The notes below the pieces were generated by a model. The model saw only the letters and a list, made by a program, of their open reading frames with translations. It was not told the DNA's origin and did no database searches. DNA of 64,000 nucleotides from contig JBDIWC010000015.1 in the NCBI GenBank assembly GCA_039794085.1, forward strand, positions 1 to 64,000, given 5' to 3'. Position numbers and translations under genes: made by a program. This document shows positions 30,477 to 40,066 of this stretch, one piece after another (within the stretch, counting starts at the first letter, position 1; the number at the start of each line of letters is the position of its first letter). This stretch comes from Gemmatimonadales bacterium. GTDB lineage: Bacteria; Gemmatimonadota; Gemmatimonadetes; Gemmatimonadales; GWC2-71-9.

Positions 30477-31861
30477 GGGTCCGGGTATCCTCCGTGACTA
30501 TGCGGCCCCCCGCCACGCAGGTCATTCACGGCGAGATCGATCAACCGGAGATGAGGCGCGCCGACCGTGACCGGCACGAGCCCGCCCCCCCCGCCGTGGC
30601 ACCAGCTGGCCGAGGAGTCCCAGTGGAAGTCGGTCCCGACCCCCTCGACGCGACCGAGACACTCCCGCAGGCTGGTGGAGATCACGAGATCCTTGATCGG
30701 TTCCGCCAGGGTCCCGTTCCGGATCAGGCGGCCCGCGGTGAGCCGGAGTCCCGCCAGTCCCTCATCCCCACGACACCCGACGGCCTCGATACCGTAGACG
30801 CCGAAGGTGACGTCTCCGATCAGATCGGAGAGAGCGGATTGTCCAGCCGCGATATAGGTGTTGGTCAATCGGAGGGCCGGTGCGGTGCCGGGATCCGCGG
30901 TGCGCAGGTTGCCGGTGGGAGCGCCCCCGTCTCGGGTCGCCGCCGCGGACTCCCGCGAGTGGATGACCCCGACCACCACACCGTTGCGGATCAGAATCGT
31001 GTTGTGCGCTGGGGTTCCCTCGTCGTCGACGGTGAGGGTTCCCCGAAGCCCGGGCACGGTTCCGTCATCCCCCAGGGTCAAGGATTCGGGCCCCAGCCGG
31101 GCTCCCACCGGAAGGGGCGGGATCCCTGGCGCACCGCCGAGGGCATGCCCCAGGGCGCGATGGGCGAGGAGTGCGGCGGCGGCCGGTGCGAGGATGACGG
31201 GATAGCGTCCCGGGGCCAGGGGGGTGGCCGTGAGCAACGCGACCGCGGCGGCGGCGGTGGATCGTGCCATCCGATCCCCCTGCTCGCCGTCGAGCGGAGT
31301 CCCCTTTCCCTGCGACTGGATCGCACGCTCCACGGTGCCGCTCTCCTCGGCGACCGCCGCCACCACCAGGTCATGCACCGGAGTCATGTCGTGCAGGGTC
31401 ACCCCGTCGCTGGTGACGACCCAGCGTTCGGTCAGGTGAACCGATTGCCGGACCCGGACCCGCACGATTCGACGGTCCTGGCTTTTCACCGTGCGCGCCA
31501 TCTCCTCCACGAAGGCATGAACCTGGTCGATCCCGGGGGTCCACGGCGCGACGTCCACCAGGGTTCGGTCGAGATGGCGGGCCGGCGTCGGAATTCGGGG
31601 AGTTCCCCCCTCCCGACGGAAGGAGCGGGCCAACTCTGCCGCACGGCGCACCGCACGGGGGGCTCCTTCGGGCGTGGCAAATCGGATGATCGCGGGCGCG
31701 CCCCCCTCGGCCACGCATCGCACGGTTCCCCCCTCGTCCCTCCCGGTGGTGGCCAGGCCATCGTCCCCGCCTCCGGACACGGCTCGGACAGACTGGCGGC
31801 GGTGGAAGTGAATGGCGGTGTGCAGGGACGCGTCGAGGGCGGCCTGGAACTCCGGGATCAC
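30473..31861 (-). CDS. TldD-like protein with degenerate active site
   Basis: PGRYPVILAP..LLAHRALGH, DDEGTPA.NT.LI.NG, PTGN.R, RLTNTYI, IRNGTLAEP, VPVTVGAPHLR. GTGA overlap with the upstream PRTase. Confidence 0.82.
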   Translation of the reverse strand: MIPEFQAALDASLHTAIHFHRRQSVRAVSGGGDDGLATTGRDEGGTVRCVAEGGAPAIIRFATPEGAPRAVRRAAELARSFRREGGTPRIPTPARHLDRTLVDVAPWTPGIDQVHAFVEEMARTVKSQDRRIVRVRVRQSVHLTERWVVTSDGVTLHDMTPVHDLVVAAVAEESGTVERAIQSQGKGTPLDGEQGDRMARSTAAAAVALLTATPLAPGRYPVILAPAAAALLAHRALGHALGGAPGIPPLPVGARLGPESLTLGDDGTVPGLRGTLTVDDEGTPAHNTILIRNGVVVGVIHSRESAAATRDGGAPTGNLRTADPGTAPALRLTNTYIAAGQSALSDLIGDVTFGVYGIEAVGCRGDEGLAGLRLTAGRLIRNGTLAEPIKDLVISTSLRECLGRVEGVGTDFHWDSSASWCHGGGGGLVPVTVGAPHLRLIDLAVNDLRGGGPHSHGGYPDP

Positions 31862-32355
31862 CCCTCGCCCTCGAACACGTCGTGATCCCAGGGGAGGAGG
31901 ATCGCCTGGTCGGATTCCATCGCGTGGTAGTCGGGCACCCACGGTCCGGTGCGGAAGGAGACCGCCGTGCGAACCTCGGCCGGCTGCCGGGCGCGCACTT
32001 CGTGCAGGGCCAGGCGGAGAGTATGGCCCGAGTCGCAGGTCTCGTCGACCAGGAGGACGCGACGACCGCGCAGGAGCGCCGGGGGCGGCGTCACGAGGGC
32101 GGGCAAGGCATCGGGAGTGCGGCGCGTGACGGTCATACTGGCAAAATCACGTTTGAGCATGGAGGCGATGATGGCGGCCGGGATGACTCCGGCCTTGGCG
32201 ATCCCCACGATAATGTCGGGATCGTACTCGCGATAGACCCGCAGGGCCAACACCCGGCAGAGCTCACCGAACAGGGGCCAGTCCACCTCCATCGCCCCCT
32301 GCGGGGCCAGCGGGACGGAAACCGGGCGTACGGGATCGGAGGGGAGAAGGGTCAT
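31858..32355 (-). CDS. Type I phosphoribosyltransferase family protein
   Basis: IIVGIAKAGVIPA, PRPP-binding loop VLLVDETCDSGHTL, ILLPW. Confidence 0.88.
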   Translation of the reverse strand: MTLLPSDPVRPVSVPLAPQGAMEVDWPLFGELCRVLALRVYREYDPDIIVGIAKAGVIPAAIIASMLKRDFASMTVTRRTPDALPALVTPPPALLRGRRVLLVDETCDSGHTLRLALHEVRARQPAEVRTAVSFRTGPWVPDYHAMESDQAILLPWDHDVFEGEG

Positions 32356-32534
32356 GGCGGGAACCTACCGACCCACCGAACGCGTGTCCATCCCGGGTCC
32401 GCGCCCCCCCCCGCCTCGGCGCGCAGAAGTCCGTTGCCTCCCCGGGACCCGTTGGGTAGCTTGTAGAGTACCACCGAGAATCGTCCGTCACCAACCGCCG
32501 TGATTCATCACCCCCCGGAGACCCCCACGTCCTG

Positions 32535-32972
32535 ATGAGCTTCTGGCGACGGCTGTTTGGCTCGTCATCCGCGGACACGCTGCGACCCCAGCGGATGGAT
32601 TATCTCAACGAGGCGCTCGCTCTGGAGCGCCAGGGCGACTACAGCGCGGCGCTGACCTCCTATCGCCTCGGGCTTCGCGACAACCCCAGCGATCCGCGGA
32701 TCCTCCAGAACATGGCGATTGCCTACACGCGCACCGGGCAACCCGACGAGGCGATCCGGCATTATCTCCGGGCCCTCGACATCGATCCCTCGCTGACCGG
32801 CGCCCACTACGGGGTGGCGTTCCTTCTCCTCAAGAGGGGTGACCGGGAGCAGGCGGCGTCCCACCTTCGGGCCTTCCTCGCGCGGCCCCCGCGCGGGTCC
32901 GATGCCGACCGGTGGATCCGCCACGCCGAGACGACGCTGCGGGAGCTTGACACTCCACCCGACGGCGAATGA
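32535..32972 (+). CDS. Tetratricopeptide repeat protein
   Basis: About three TPR motifs (A.ALERQGDY..A..Y; LQNMAIAY..G..DEA..Y.RAL.IDP). Confidence 0.85.
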   Translation: MSFWRRLFGSSSADTLRPQRMDYLNEALALERQGDYSAALTSYRLGLRDNPSDPRILQNMAIAYTRTGQPDEAIRHYLRALDIDPSLTGAHYGVAFLLLKRGDREQAASHLRAFLARPPRGSDADRWIRHAETTLRELDTPPDGE

Positions 32973-33715
32973 TCTCCCGTTCGGGGCTTGGTCTGGCCGT
33001 GTTGCTCGCCGGATGTTCCGACCTGACGTCGGTCCAGAACGGTGCGGTGACACTCGAGCTGAGCCCTCCTCCCCTCACTCAGTTGGAAGTGGGACAGACC
33101 ATCCGCCTCGTGGCCCGGGCACTGGACCTGGGTGGCAATGAGGTCGAGGCCACCATTCGCTGGAGCACACCGGATACCGTCCTGGTGGTGGACGAGACCA
33201 GCGGAGACGTCACCGGGAAGCTCGCAGGCGGGGGCTCGGGCCGGGTTCAGGCCATCCTGGATGGTACGCCCTTTCCCCTGGTCTCTCCCTTCCTCACCTT
33301 CACCGTGACCGCGAGAGCGGACACCCTCTTCGCCCCGGGCGACACCGTGGTGGTGGTTCCTCCGGGGGACGCATCCTCCCCGCCGCTGGTCACGGTTCTG
33401 GCCTCCCGGCAGCCGGAGGGGCCGCTCAGCGGCCGGACGGTCACGTACCGGGTGGTGTCGCCCTCCTTTGCCGATCCCGCGACCCGGACGGTGGAGTTCC
33501 CGGGCGGACTCCTCACGCTCACCGCCACCACGGATGGGGCCGGCAGCCCGGCGCCCGCCCTCACGCTCCTGAGCCGCCCCGGCATCCCTCCTCCCGACAC
33601 CGCCCTGGTGGAAGTGAGTGCCCTCCAAGCCACCGGAGCGACGGTCCCGGGATCCGGGATCCGCTTCGTGGTTGTGTTCGCCCCTCCCGCTCCCTCCCCC
33701 TCTCGCAGGCGGTAA
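32969..33715 (+). CDS. Lipoprotein with Ig-like domains
   Basis: Lipobox LLAGC and beta-rich Big-like segments. ATGA overlap with the upstream gene. Confidence 0.7.
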   Translation: MISRSGLGLAVLLAGCSDLTSVQNGAVTLELSPPPLTQLEVGQTIRLVARALDLGGNEVEATIRWSTPDTVLVVDETSGDVTGKLAGGGSGRVQAILDGTPFPLVSPFLTFTVTARADTLFAPGDTVVVVPPGDASSPPLVTVLASRQPEGPLSGRTVTYRVVSPSFADPATRTVEFPGGLLTLTATTDGAGSPAPALTLLSRPGIPPPDTALVEVSALQATGATVPGSGIRFVVVFAPPAPSPSRRR

Positions 33716-33720
33716 CGGCC

Positions 33721-35538
33721 ATGTCCTCCCCGGCCACCCTGACCCAACTTTACTTTCAGGCCATGGAGCGGTACCGGGACCGTCCGGTGTACCTGCGATA
33801 CCGGACCGCCGCCGGGTGGGTCGACTTGAGCTACCTCGCGGTGGCCCGGCGGATCCACCATCTCAGTCTCGGCCTGCGGGAACTGGGGCTCGCTTCCGGC
33901 GACCGGATCGGGATTCTCTCCGAGAATCGCCCCGAGTGGGGCATGTGTGACTTTGCGAGCCTGCTCCTCGGGTGCCCCAACGTCCCGGTCTATCCCACGC
34001 TTCCCGCCGCCCAGATCCGGACCATTCTGGCGGATGCGGAGGTCCGCGCGATCTGCGTCTCGACGGCGGCGCAGCTCGACAAGGTTCGGGCCATCCGGGA
34101 GGAGCTCCCGACGCTCGCGCATGTGATCGCTTTCGGCGCCACGGATGTCCGGGACGGCGAGCTCTCCCTCGAATCCGTGGAGGCGCGCGGGGCCCGGGTC
34201 GTCGAGGCGCACCCCGCCTGGCGGGACGAGGCCCTGGCCTTTCCTCCCGACGCCCTGGCCACGTTGATCTACACCTCGGGCACGACCGGCTCGCCGAAGG
34301 GTGTCATGCTCTCCCATGGCAACCTCACGTCCAACGTCCTGGCCGTGCAGGATCTGGTGACGACCCGGCCGGGCGACGAGACCGTGAGTTTCCTTCCCCT
34401 CTCCCATGTTCTGGAGCGGATGGCGGGCCATTATTCGCACCTGCACCGCGGGATCATCATCAACTTCGCCGAGAGTCCGGAGACGGTGATGCGGGACATC
34501 CAGGAGTGCCGGCCCACGATGCTCGCGGCGGTTCCCCGGGTTTTTGAGAAGATTCTCGACAAGGTGGTGGAGACGGCGATGGCGGGAGGACCCCTTCAGC
34601 GACAGATCTTTCGGCGTGCCCGCCGCGCCGGCGAGGCGTGGGCCACACTCACGCTCGCGGATCAGGGGGTGCCCTCCAGCCTGCGGTTCCAGCGGTGGTT
34701 GGCCGATCGCCTCGTGTTCCGGCGGTTGCGGGCCCGGCTGGGGGGCCGACTCCGATTCTTTCTCTCGGGGGGCGCCCCTCTGTCCCCCGACATCGCCAGG
34801 TTCTTTTTCGCGGCGGGACTTCCCATCTACGAGGGCTACGGCCTCACGGAAACCTCCCCGGTGATCTCCTTCAACCGCGAGGGGGCGGTCCGACTGGGGA
34901 CGGTGGGCCAACCAATCCCCGGCGTGGAGGTCCGGATCGCGGAGGACGGAGAGATCCTCTGCCGGGGGCCGAACGTCATGCTGGGGTACTACCGGCAACC
35001 TGAGGCCACCGCCGAAGTGCTGGACCCCGACGGGTGGTTCCATACCGGAGATGTCGGGGAGATCGACGCCGACGGATTCCTGCGCATCACCGACCGGAAG
35101 AAGGACATCCTGGTGACGGCGGGAGGAAAGAACATCGCCCCACAACCGATCGAGAGCCGTCTCAAGGCCAACCCCTACATCAGCATGGCGGTAATGCTGG
35201 GAGATCGTCGCAAGTTTCCCATCGTCCTCCTGGTGCCGGATTTCGGCCAGGTCCGGACCTGGGCCGAGGCACACCACCTCACCTTCGATTCGGACGCGTC
35301 GCTGGCGGCCCTTCCCGAGGTGCGAACCCACCTGGAGAACGAGGCACTCAAGCACCTCCGGGACCTGGCCCGGTTCGAGGTCCCCAAGCGCATGCTGATC
35401 CTTCCCCGCGAGTTGACGCAGGCCCAGGGTGAACTCACGCCGAAGATGTCGGTGCGCCGGAAGGTCGTGGCGGAGCACTTTCACGATGAGATCGAAGCGC
35501 TCTACGCCGACGCCGAGGAGGAGGGGAACTCGCGCTGA
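33721..35538 (+). CDS. Long-chain fatty acid-CoA ligase
   Basis: IYTSGTTGSPKGV, FLPLSH, YEGYGLTETSP, WFHTGDVG, ITDRKKD..GGKNIAP. Confidence 0.93.
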   Translation: MSSPATLTQLYFQAMERYRDRPVYLRYRTAAGWVDLSYLAVARRIHHLSLGLRELGLASGDRIGILSENRPEWGMCDFASLLLGCPNVPVYPTLPAAQIRTILADAEVRAICVSTAAQLDKVRAIREELPTLAHVIAFGATDVRDGELSLESVEARGARVVEAHPAWRDEALAFPPDALATLIYTSGTTGSPKGVMLSHGNLTSNVLAVQDLVTTRPGDETVSFLPLSHVLERMAGHYSHLHRGIIINFAESPETVMRDIQECRPTMLAAVPRVFEKILDKVVETAMAGGPLQRQIFRRARRAGEAWATLTLADQGVPSSLRFQRWLADRLVFRRLRARLGGRLRFFLSGGAPLSPDIARFFFAAGLPIYEGYGLTETSPVISFNREGAVRLGTVGQPIPGVEVRIAEDGEILCRGPNVMLGYYRQPEATAEVLDPDGWFHTGDVGEIDADGFLRITDRKKDILVTAGGKNIAPQPIESRLKANPYISMAVMLGDRRKFPIVLLVPDFGQVRTWAEAHHLTFDSDASLAALPEVRTHLENEALKHLRDLARFEVPKRMLILPRELTQAQGELTPKMSVRRKVVAEHFHDEIEALYADAEEEGNSR

Positions 35539-35551
35539 CGCCCGGGGGAGC

Positions 35552-36187
35552 TCAGGGGCGGCGACCGACCCAGCACCCCGGAGTTTCGGCGAGGATTTCG
35601 AATGGCATTTCCGGGAGGACGGGACCGGTGCCCACCACGCGGAGCCCCGGCAGAACCGCCCGCCCCGCCTCGGTGACCCAGACCGGGTCCCGGGCCGAGT
35701 CCCCCCCGATCACGGCTCCCCTCATGCTGGAGGACTTGATCGGCATCCGCGGTGACCGAATGATGCTGATCGCGATCGAGCCGGGGTGACTCCATTCTGA
35801 CAACACGAGCGGCACCGGGGGATTCAGAAGCACGAGCCCGACACCGGGGAGCAGGGTTTCCACCTCGGGTGCGAGCTGCGTGGCCTGGTCGACGAGCAGG
35901 AGATACCCTCCCGGCCCCTCGATTCCCAGCAGGGCAAGAGCCGCCTCCGCCGACAGGGGAGCCGAGGTTTCTCCGCCTCCTCCTTGCCCGGTCTCCGCGG
36001 GGTCTTGCCCGTCATCCCGACCGAAATCGAGGACCCCCTCGCGGAGAGTCACAACCTTTCCGCAGACCGGACACCCCATCTCTCCTCGCATCACGCGTCT
36101 CCCGTCCATCACCTCGGGCAACAGAACGAGGAACTGTTCCGGGTGGTCAGAGGGGCACTTGAGGTGATCGGTCAACTCGATGAACAT
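35552..36187 (-). CDS. Hypothetical protein with Trm112-like N-terminal module
   Basis: MFIELTDHLKCP..H..GCPVCG....EGVLDF. GAGGAG RBS. Confidence 0.65.
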   Translation of the reverse strand: MFIELTDHLKCPSDHPEQFLVLLPEVMDGRRVMRGEMGCPVCGKVVTLREGVLDFGRDDGQDPAETGQGGGGETSAPLSAEAALALLGIEGPGGYLLLVDQATQLAPEVETLLPGVGLVLLNPPVPLVLSEWSHPGSIAISIIRSPRMPIKSSSMRGAVIGGDSARDPVWVTEAGRAVLPGLRVVGTGPVLPEMPFEILAETPGCWVGRRP

Positions 36188-36199
36188 GGGCTCCTCAGG

Positions 36200-36465
36200 T
36201 CTTGGCATGGGTTCATGTTCAGCCCGGAGCGCCTCCCCCCATCCCCAAAGGCAACCACAAGAAGCACAAAAAGCACAAGACCGCGAGTCTGAGCACCGGG
36301 GCGCCTCCCTCCCTCCCCGGAATAAGCCGCCGATGACGCTGATGACACAGAGTGAGTTCTGCCCAGGTTGGTCCCGAATCGAGTCGGCCCGGGAAAAGCG
36401 AACCACCTGTCGCGGGATCTCGTGTTTCTTGTGCCTTTTGTGCCTCTTGTGGCCCTTCCCCTCCA
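36200..36465 (-). repeat. Dispersed element copy with a different internal spacer
   Basis: Arms aaccacaagaagcacaaaaagcacaag (36253-36279) and cttgtgccttttgtgcctcttgtggcccttcccctc (to ~36463); the flank cttggcatgggttc is shared with copies A and B. Confidence 0.8.
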
Positions 36466-36556
36466 CCGGAGCCCCTCACCTTGTTCCGAAATCCAAGCCC
36501 GGGAAGGCGTGACCCGCACGAAACCCGGAGGAGCCTGAACCCGGGGCCTGTCCGTG

Positions 36557-37288
36557 TCAGGCAGGAACGAGTCGCAGCCACTCGATGTCCACCCGGGCGG
36601 GCCGGGTGGCCGTGAAGAGCACGGCGTCCGCCACGTCTTCGGGGCGCAGCATCGATGCCCGGGGCGGGAACCCCTCCCGGGTGTCCGGGTCCCAGGGATC
36701 CCAGACCGCGGTGTCCGTGGGGCCCGGCGAGATCAGGGTGCACAGAACACCGGAGCCGTGACATTCCGCCCGGAGCACTTCGTGCAGGCCCCGCACCCCG
36801 AACTTCGAGGCGGCGTAGGCGGCATTGTCCGGAAAGCCCACATGGTCGGCGACACTGCCGATCAGCAGGTGCCTCCGTCCCAAGGCGTCCCGGTCCCCCT
36901 CGATCGCTCCCGTCGTCCGCATCGCGGGAACCAGAGCCCGGGCCACGAGATAGGGAGCTCGCAGATTGATGGCGATCTGGGCGTCGAAGACCTCCGGAGA
37001 GGTGGCCTCGAGCGGCGCCATCGTGAAGGCGCCCGCGTTGTTCACCACGAGACTCGGGACTCCGACCTCACGACAGACGCGCGCCATCACCGTGGTCACG
37101 GCTTCCGCATCCGTGAGGTCGCAGGCATAGCCGATTCCGTCGGGTGAACGGCCCTCCGGCACGGTGCGGGCGATCCGCACCACGGTGGCCTCCGCCGCCG
37201 CCAGCGCACGAGCCACGGCCGCCCCAATGCCTCGTGAGGCTCCGGTCACCACCGCCACGTAGCCCCGGAGGGAGAGGGGAGACGCCAT
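36557..37288 (-). CDS. Short-chain dehydrogenase/reductase (possible pterin reductase)
   Basis: VTGASRGIG, VNNAG, YAASKFG. TGATG overlap with folE. Confidence 0.9.
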   Translation of the reverse strand: MASPLSLRGYVAVVTGASRGIGAAVARALAAAEATVVRIARTVPEGRSPDGIGYACDLTDAEAVTTVMARVCREVGVPSLVVNNAGAFTMAPLEATSPEVFDAQIAINLRAPYLVARALVPAMRTTGAIEGDRDALGRRHLLIGSVADHVGFPDNAAYAASKFGVRGLHEVLRAECHGSGVLCTLISPGPTDTAVWDPWDPDTREGFPPRASMLRPEDVADAVLFTATRPARVDIEWLRLVPA

Positions 37289-37875
37289 CACTCGGGGGAC
37301 CGATGCCCGTGCACCAGTCGCAGAAACTCGTCCCGGGTCATCCCATCCTGCCGGAAGACACCCCGGAGCGCGGAGGTGACCGTCCGGGAGTTCTGCTTCT
37401 CCACCCCCCGCATCATCATGCACAGATGCACCGCCTCGATCACGACACCGCACCCCCGGGGATGGAGCACCTCCATGAGGGCATCCGCGATCTGGTCGGT
37501 GAGGCGTTCCTGCACCTGGAGCCGCCGGGCGAACACCTCCACGACGCGGGGAATCTTGCTCAGGCCGATGATGCGGCCGTTGGGCAGATAGGCCACATGG
37601 GCCCGCCCGAAAAACGGGAGGAGATGGTGCTCGCACATGGAGTAGAGTTCGATGTCCCGGACCAGAATCATGTTCTCGTGCGATTCCTCGAACACGCCGG
37701 TCCCCACCTCCTCCTCGACGGACATCCCGTATCCCCGGGTGAGCCACCGCATCGAGCGTTCCACCCGGTCGGGGGTCTGTGCCAGTCCGGCGCGATCGGG
37801 ATCCTCTCCCAGCGCGGTCAGGATGTGCCGAACCTCGGCGGCAAAGGGCGTGGTCCGGCGTTCAGGTTCCGTCAT
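37288..37875 (-). CDS. folE: GTP cyclohydrolase I
   Basis: [50 protein letters not shown]. Confidence 0.97.
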   Translation of the reverse strand: MTEPERRTTPFAAEVRHILTALGEDPDRAGLAQTPDRVERSMRWLTRGYGMSVEEEVGTGVFEESHENMILVRDIELYSMCEHHLLPFFGRAHVAYLPNGRIIGLSKIPRVVEVFARRLQVQERLTDQIADALMEVLHPRGCGVVIEAVHLCMMMRGVEKQNSRTVTSALRGVFRQDGMTRDEFLRLVHGHRSPE

Positions 37876-38275
37876 AGTCCACGAAGTTGCGAGGGGTCTC
37901 CCAGAGGCGCACCCGCGCCAACCGGCCAGCGGGAATGTGCGGTGCGAGAGCGTTCCAGCAGAAGAGGGCGATGTGTTCCGCCGAGGGAATGTGGTCGCGG
38001 AACCAGGGGACATCCAGATTCAGATTCCGGTGGTCGAGGACCGAGAGGATCTCGCGCTCGACCAGGGCGTGCAGAATTCCCACATCCAGGACATACCCGG
38101 TGGCCGGGTCGATCTCCCCCTCGACGGTGACCTCGAGTTCATAGTTGTGGCCATGATAGTTCGGATTGTTGCAGGGACCGAAGGTGTCCCGGTTCCACAC
38201 CTCGTCGCGTTGAGGGTTGTGGAGGCGGTGGGCCGCGTTGAAGTGCGCCTTCCGCGTGACCTGGCACCGGGGCAT
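37862..38275 (-). CDS. 6-pyruvoyl-tetrahydropterin synthase / QueD family
   Basis: [41 protein letters not shown]. Confidence 0.93.
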   Translation of the reverse strand: MPRCQVTRKAHFNAAHRLHNPQRDEVWNRDTFGPCNNPNYHGHNYELEVTVEGEIDPATGYVLDVGILHALVEREILSVLDHRNLNLDVPWFRDHIPSAEHIALFCWNALAPHIPAGRLARVRLWETPRNFVDYDGT

Positions 38276-38560
38276 GGGAGTCCTCGCCGCGACGGAGTGT
38301 GAGAAACAGTGAGGCGCCGCCAGTCACGGAACCGGTCGGCGCCCCAGAGGTCGGCTGGTCACGGGGAGTATTATTGAAGCCCGATGATAACGCTTGGCGC
38401 CCTCGCCCCGGCGTTTGCCTTCCCCGAAGGGCATGACAGTAGCCACGGTATGTGGGCCCATCACCAGACCTGTTGGCACAATAATGTGGTTCCCCATGGC
38501 CAACCGACAGAGGTATTATACCGGTCCGCGAGAACCTCGTCAACGGATTCCGGAGTTCCT

Positions 38561-38710
38561 ATGTCCCCCCTGCTGATCGGAGCGGTTCTGGCCCTTGTTC
38601 TCTGGACCGTGTTCACCTTTGTCGTGCCGGCCGGGCTGGGGATCGTCCACGTGCTCCTGGCCGTGGGGGTGGTGCTGTTGATGCGGTGGTGGGTGGGGCG
38701 TAGGGAATAG
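38561..38710 (+). CDS. Small membrane protein (49 aa)
   Basis: GGAG RBS; two hydrophobic helices with IVHVLLAVGV. Confidence 0.6.
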   Translation: MSPLLIGAVLALVLWTVFTFVVPAGLGIVHVLLAVGVVLLMRWWVGRRE

Positions 38711-38760
38711 GCGGTAGGGAAGAGCCCCCTATTCCCCACTCCCCACTCCCCACTCCCTAA
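38700..38760. repeat. Heptamer arrays (CTCCCCA)n with a short inverted partner
   Basis: gtagggaataggcggtaggga followed by tattccccactccccactccccactcccta. Confidence 0.7.
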
Positions 38761-39080
38761 GCCGGCACAGCCGGAACCACAGAGGCGCCTCGGAGTCGCG
38801 CGTGGGTTTTCTTCGGCATGGGTTCCGGTCCTGCCCGAGTACCTCTCCCCACCCCCAGAGCCAACCACAAGAAGCACAAAAGGCACAGAAACCTCTCTCG
38901 CCCCTGGTGGGACCCCATGCGCACCGAGGTGTGCCTCTTGTGACTTCTGTGCTTTTTGTGGCCATTCCCCTTGCACGGCGCGGCCGATGCGATCGCCGTG
39001 ACCCGAACGGTCGGCGGGGGGGGGTCGGGCGTCGCCCACAATATTGTTGCCGTCTTGCGTTCAATCTTGTCCGTAAGGGA
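38761..39080 (-). repeat. ~320 bp dispersed intergenic element, copy B
   Basis: Its reverse complement aligns by eye with 11976-12349. Confidence 0.9.
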
Positions 39081-39094
39081 GTACTCCCTGCGGT

Positions 39095-40066
39095 TCAGAT
39101 TTCCCAGTTGGACAACAGGATCCCCCTTGCCGGCTCCTGCTCCGGATATCGATCGAGGGTCATCCTCAGGTCGGTCCAATGCACCTGGTACCCTCGATCA
39201 ATCAGGATCCTCCAGGCGGCGGGTCGAGCAGTCTGGCACCGGATCAGGAGTGAGGTGCCTCCGGCCCGGCGCGCCCCGGCCTCGGTGGCCGCCACCGTGG
39301 CGGCGAAGGCGGCCTCGGAGTCCGCGGCCACCTTGAGCATCCGCACCTCCTCCACGCCCCTCCCCTGCGCGAGGGGGACGGAGTGCCAGAGAGCCCATCC
39401 CGCTATCTCCCCCCCGGGCTCGTGGCGAACCACCGACAGCCCGCCCAACCCCAGGGCTCGCGTTTCCCGGATCTCCCCTTCCCAGGACACCCCGGGCAGG
39501 AGGCGATCCGCCAGAGCCAGGCAGGCCGCGTCCTCTGAGCACCCCGCCTCCGGATCCACCCCGAAGCCCTCCACCGGCCCGGGAATGCGGGCAAGGTCTC
39601 CGGCGAGCGTCACGGTGAGGGGGCGCGGAACGAACCCGAGTCGCGCATAGAACCCGATGTTCTCCGCCGTTCGCGGCATGGTTTCCAACCCGATCACCCG
39701 GGCCCCCCCGGCCAGGAGCCGAGCGATCCCCTCCTCCACGATGGTGGTTCCGATACCATGGCCCTGGGCGTCGGGACGAACCGCCAGGGGACCCATCCAC
39801 CCTTCAACCCCGGCCTGATGGACCATATTGAAGGCCAGCAACTGCCGCCGGTCGTCATGCCAGAGGAGAGCTCCCTCTCCGGCGGTGGCGAAGGCATACT
39901 GCCAGACCGGTTCGTTGAGGTATGGCACCCTCAAGGTGGTCAGGCCATCCCGCCGGTAGCGATCGGTGAAGGCCTCGGCAAAGAGCTGGTTGAGCGCCGG
40001 AATATCGTCCGGGCGGGCGACCCGGGGCCCGACCACCACGGGGGGCGCCGTGCTACGCCGCGGCAT
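39095..40066 (-). CDS. GNAT family N-acetyltransferase (tandem GNAT-like)
   Basis: GPLAVRPDAQGHGIG acetyl-CoA motif and NIGFYARLGF. Start overlaps the rad50 3' end by 14 nt. Confidence 0.88.
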   Translation of the reverse strand: MPRRSTAPPVVVGPRVARPDDIPALNQLFAEAFTDRYRRDGLTTLRVPYLNEPVWQYAFATAGEGALLWHDDRRQLLAFNMVHQAGVEGWMGPLAVRPDAQGHGIGTTIVEEGIARLLAGGARVIGLETMPRTAENIGFYARLGFVPRPLTVTLAGDLARIPGPVEGFGVDPEAGCSEDAACLALADRLLPGVSWEGEIRETRALGLGGLSVVRHEPGGEIAGWALWHSVPLAQGRGVEEVRMLKVAADSEAAFAATVAATEAGARRAGGTSLLIRCQTARPAAWRILIDRGYQVHWTDLRMTLDRYPEQEPARGILLSNWEI

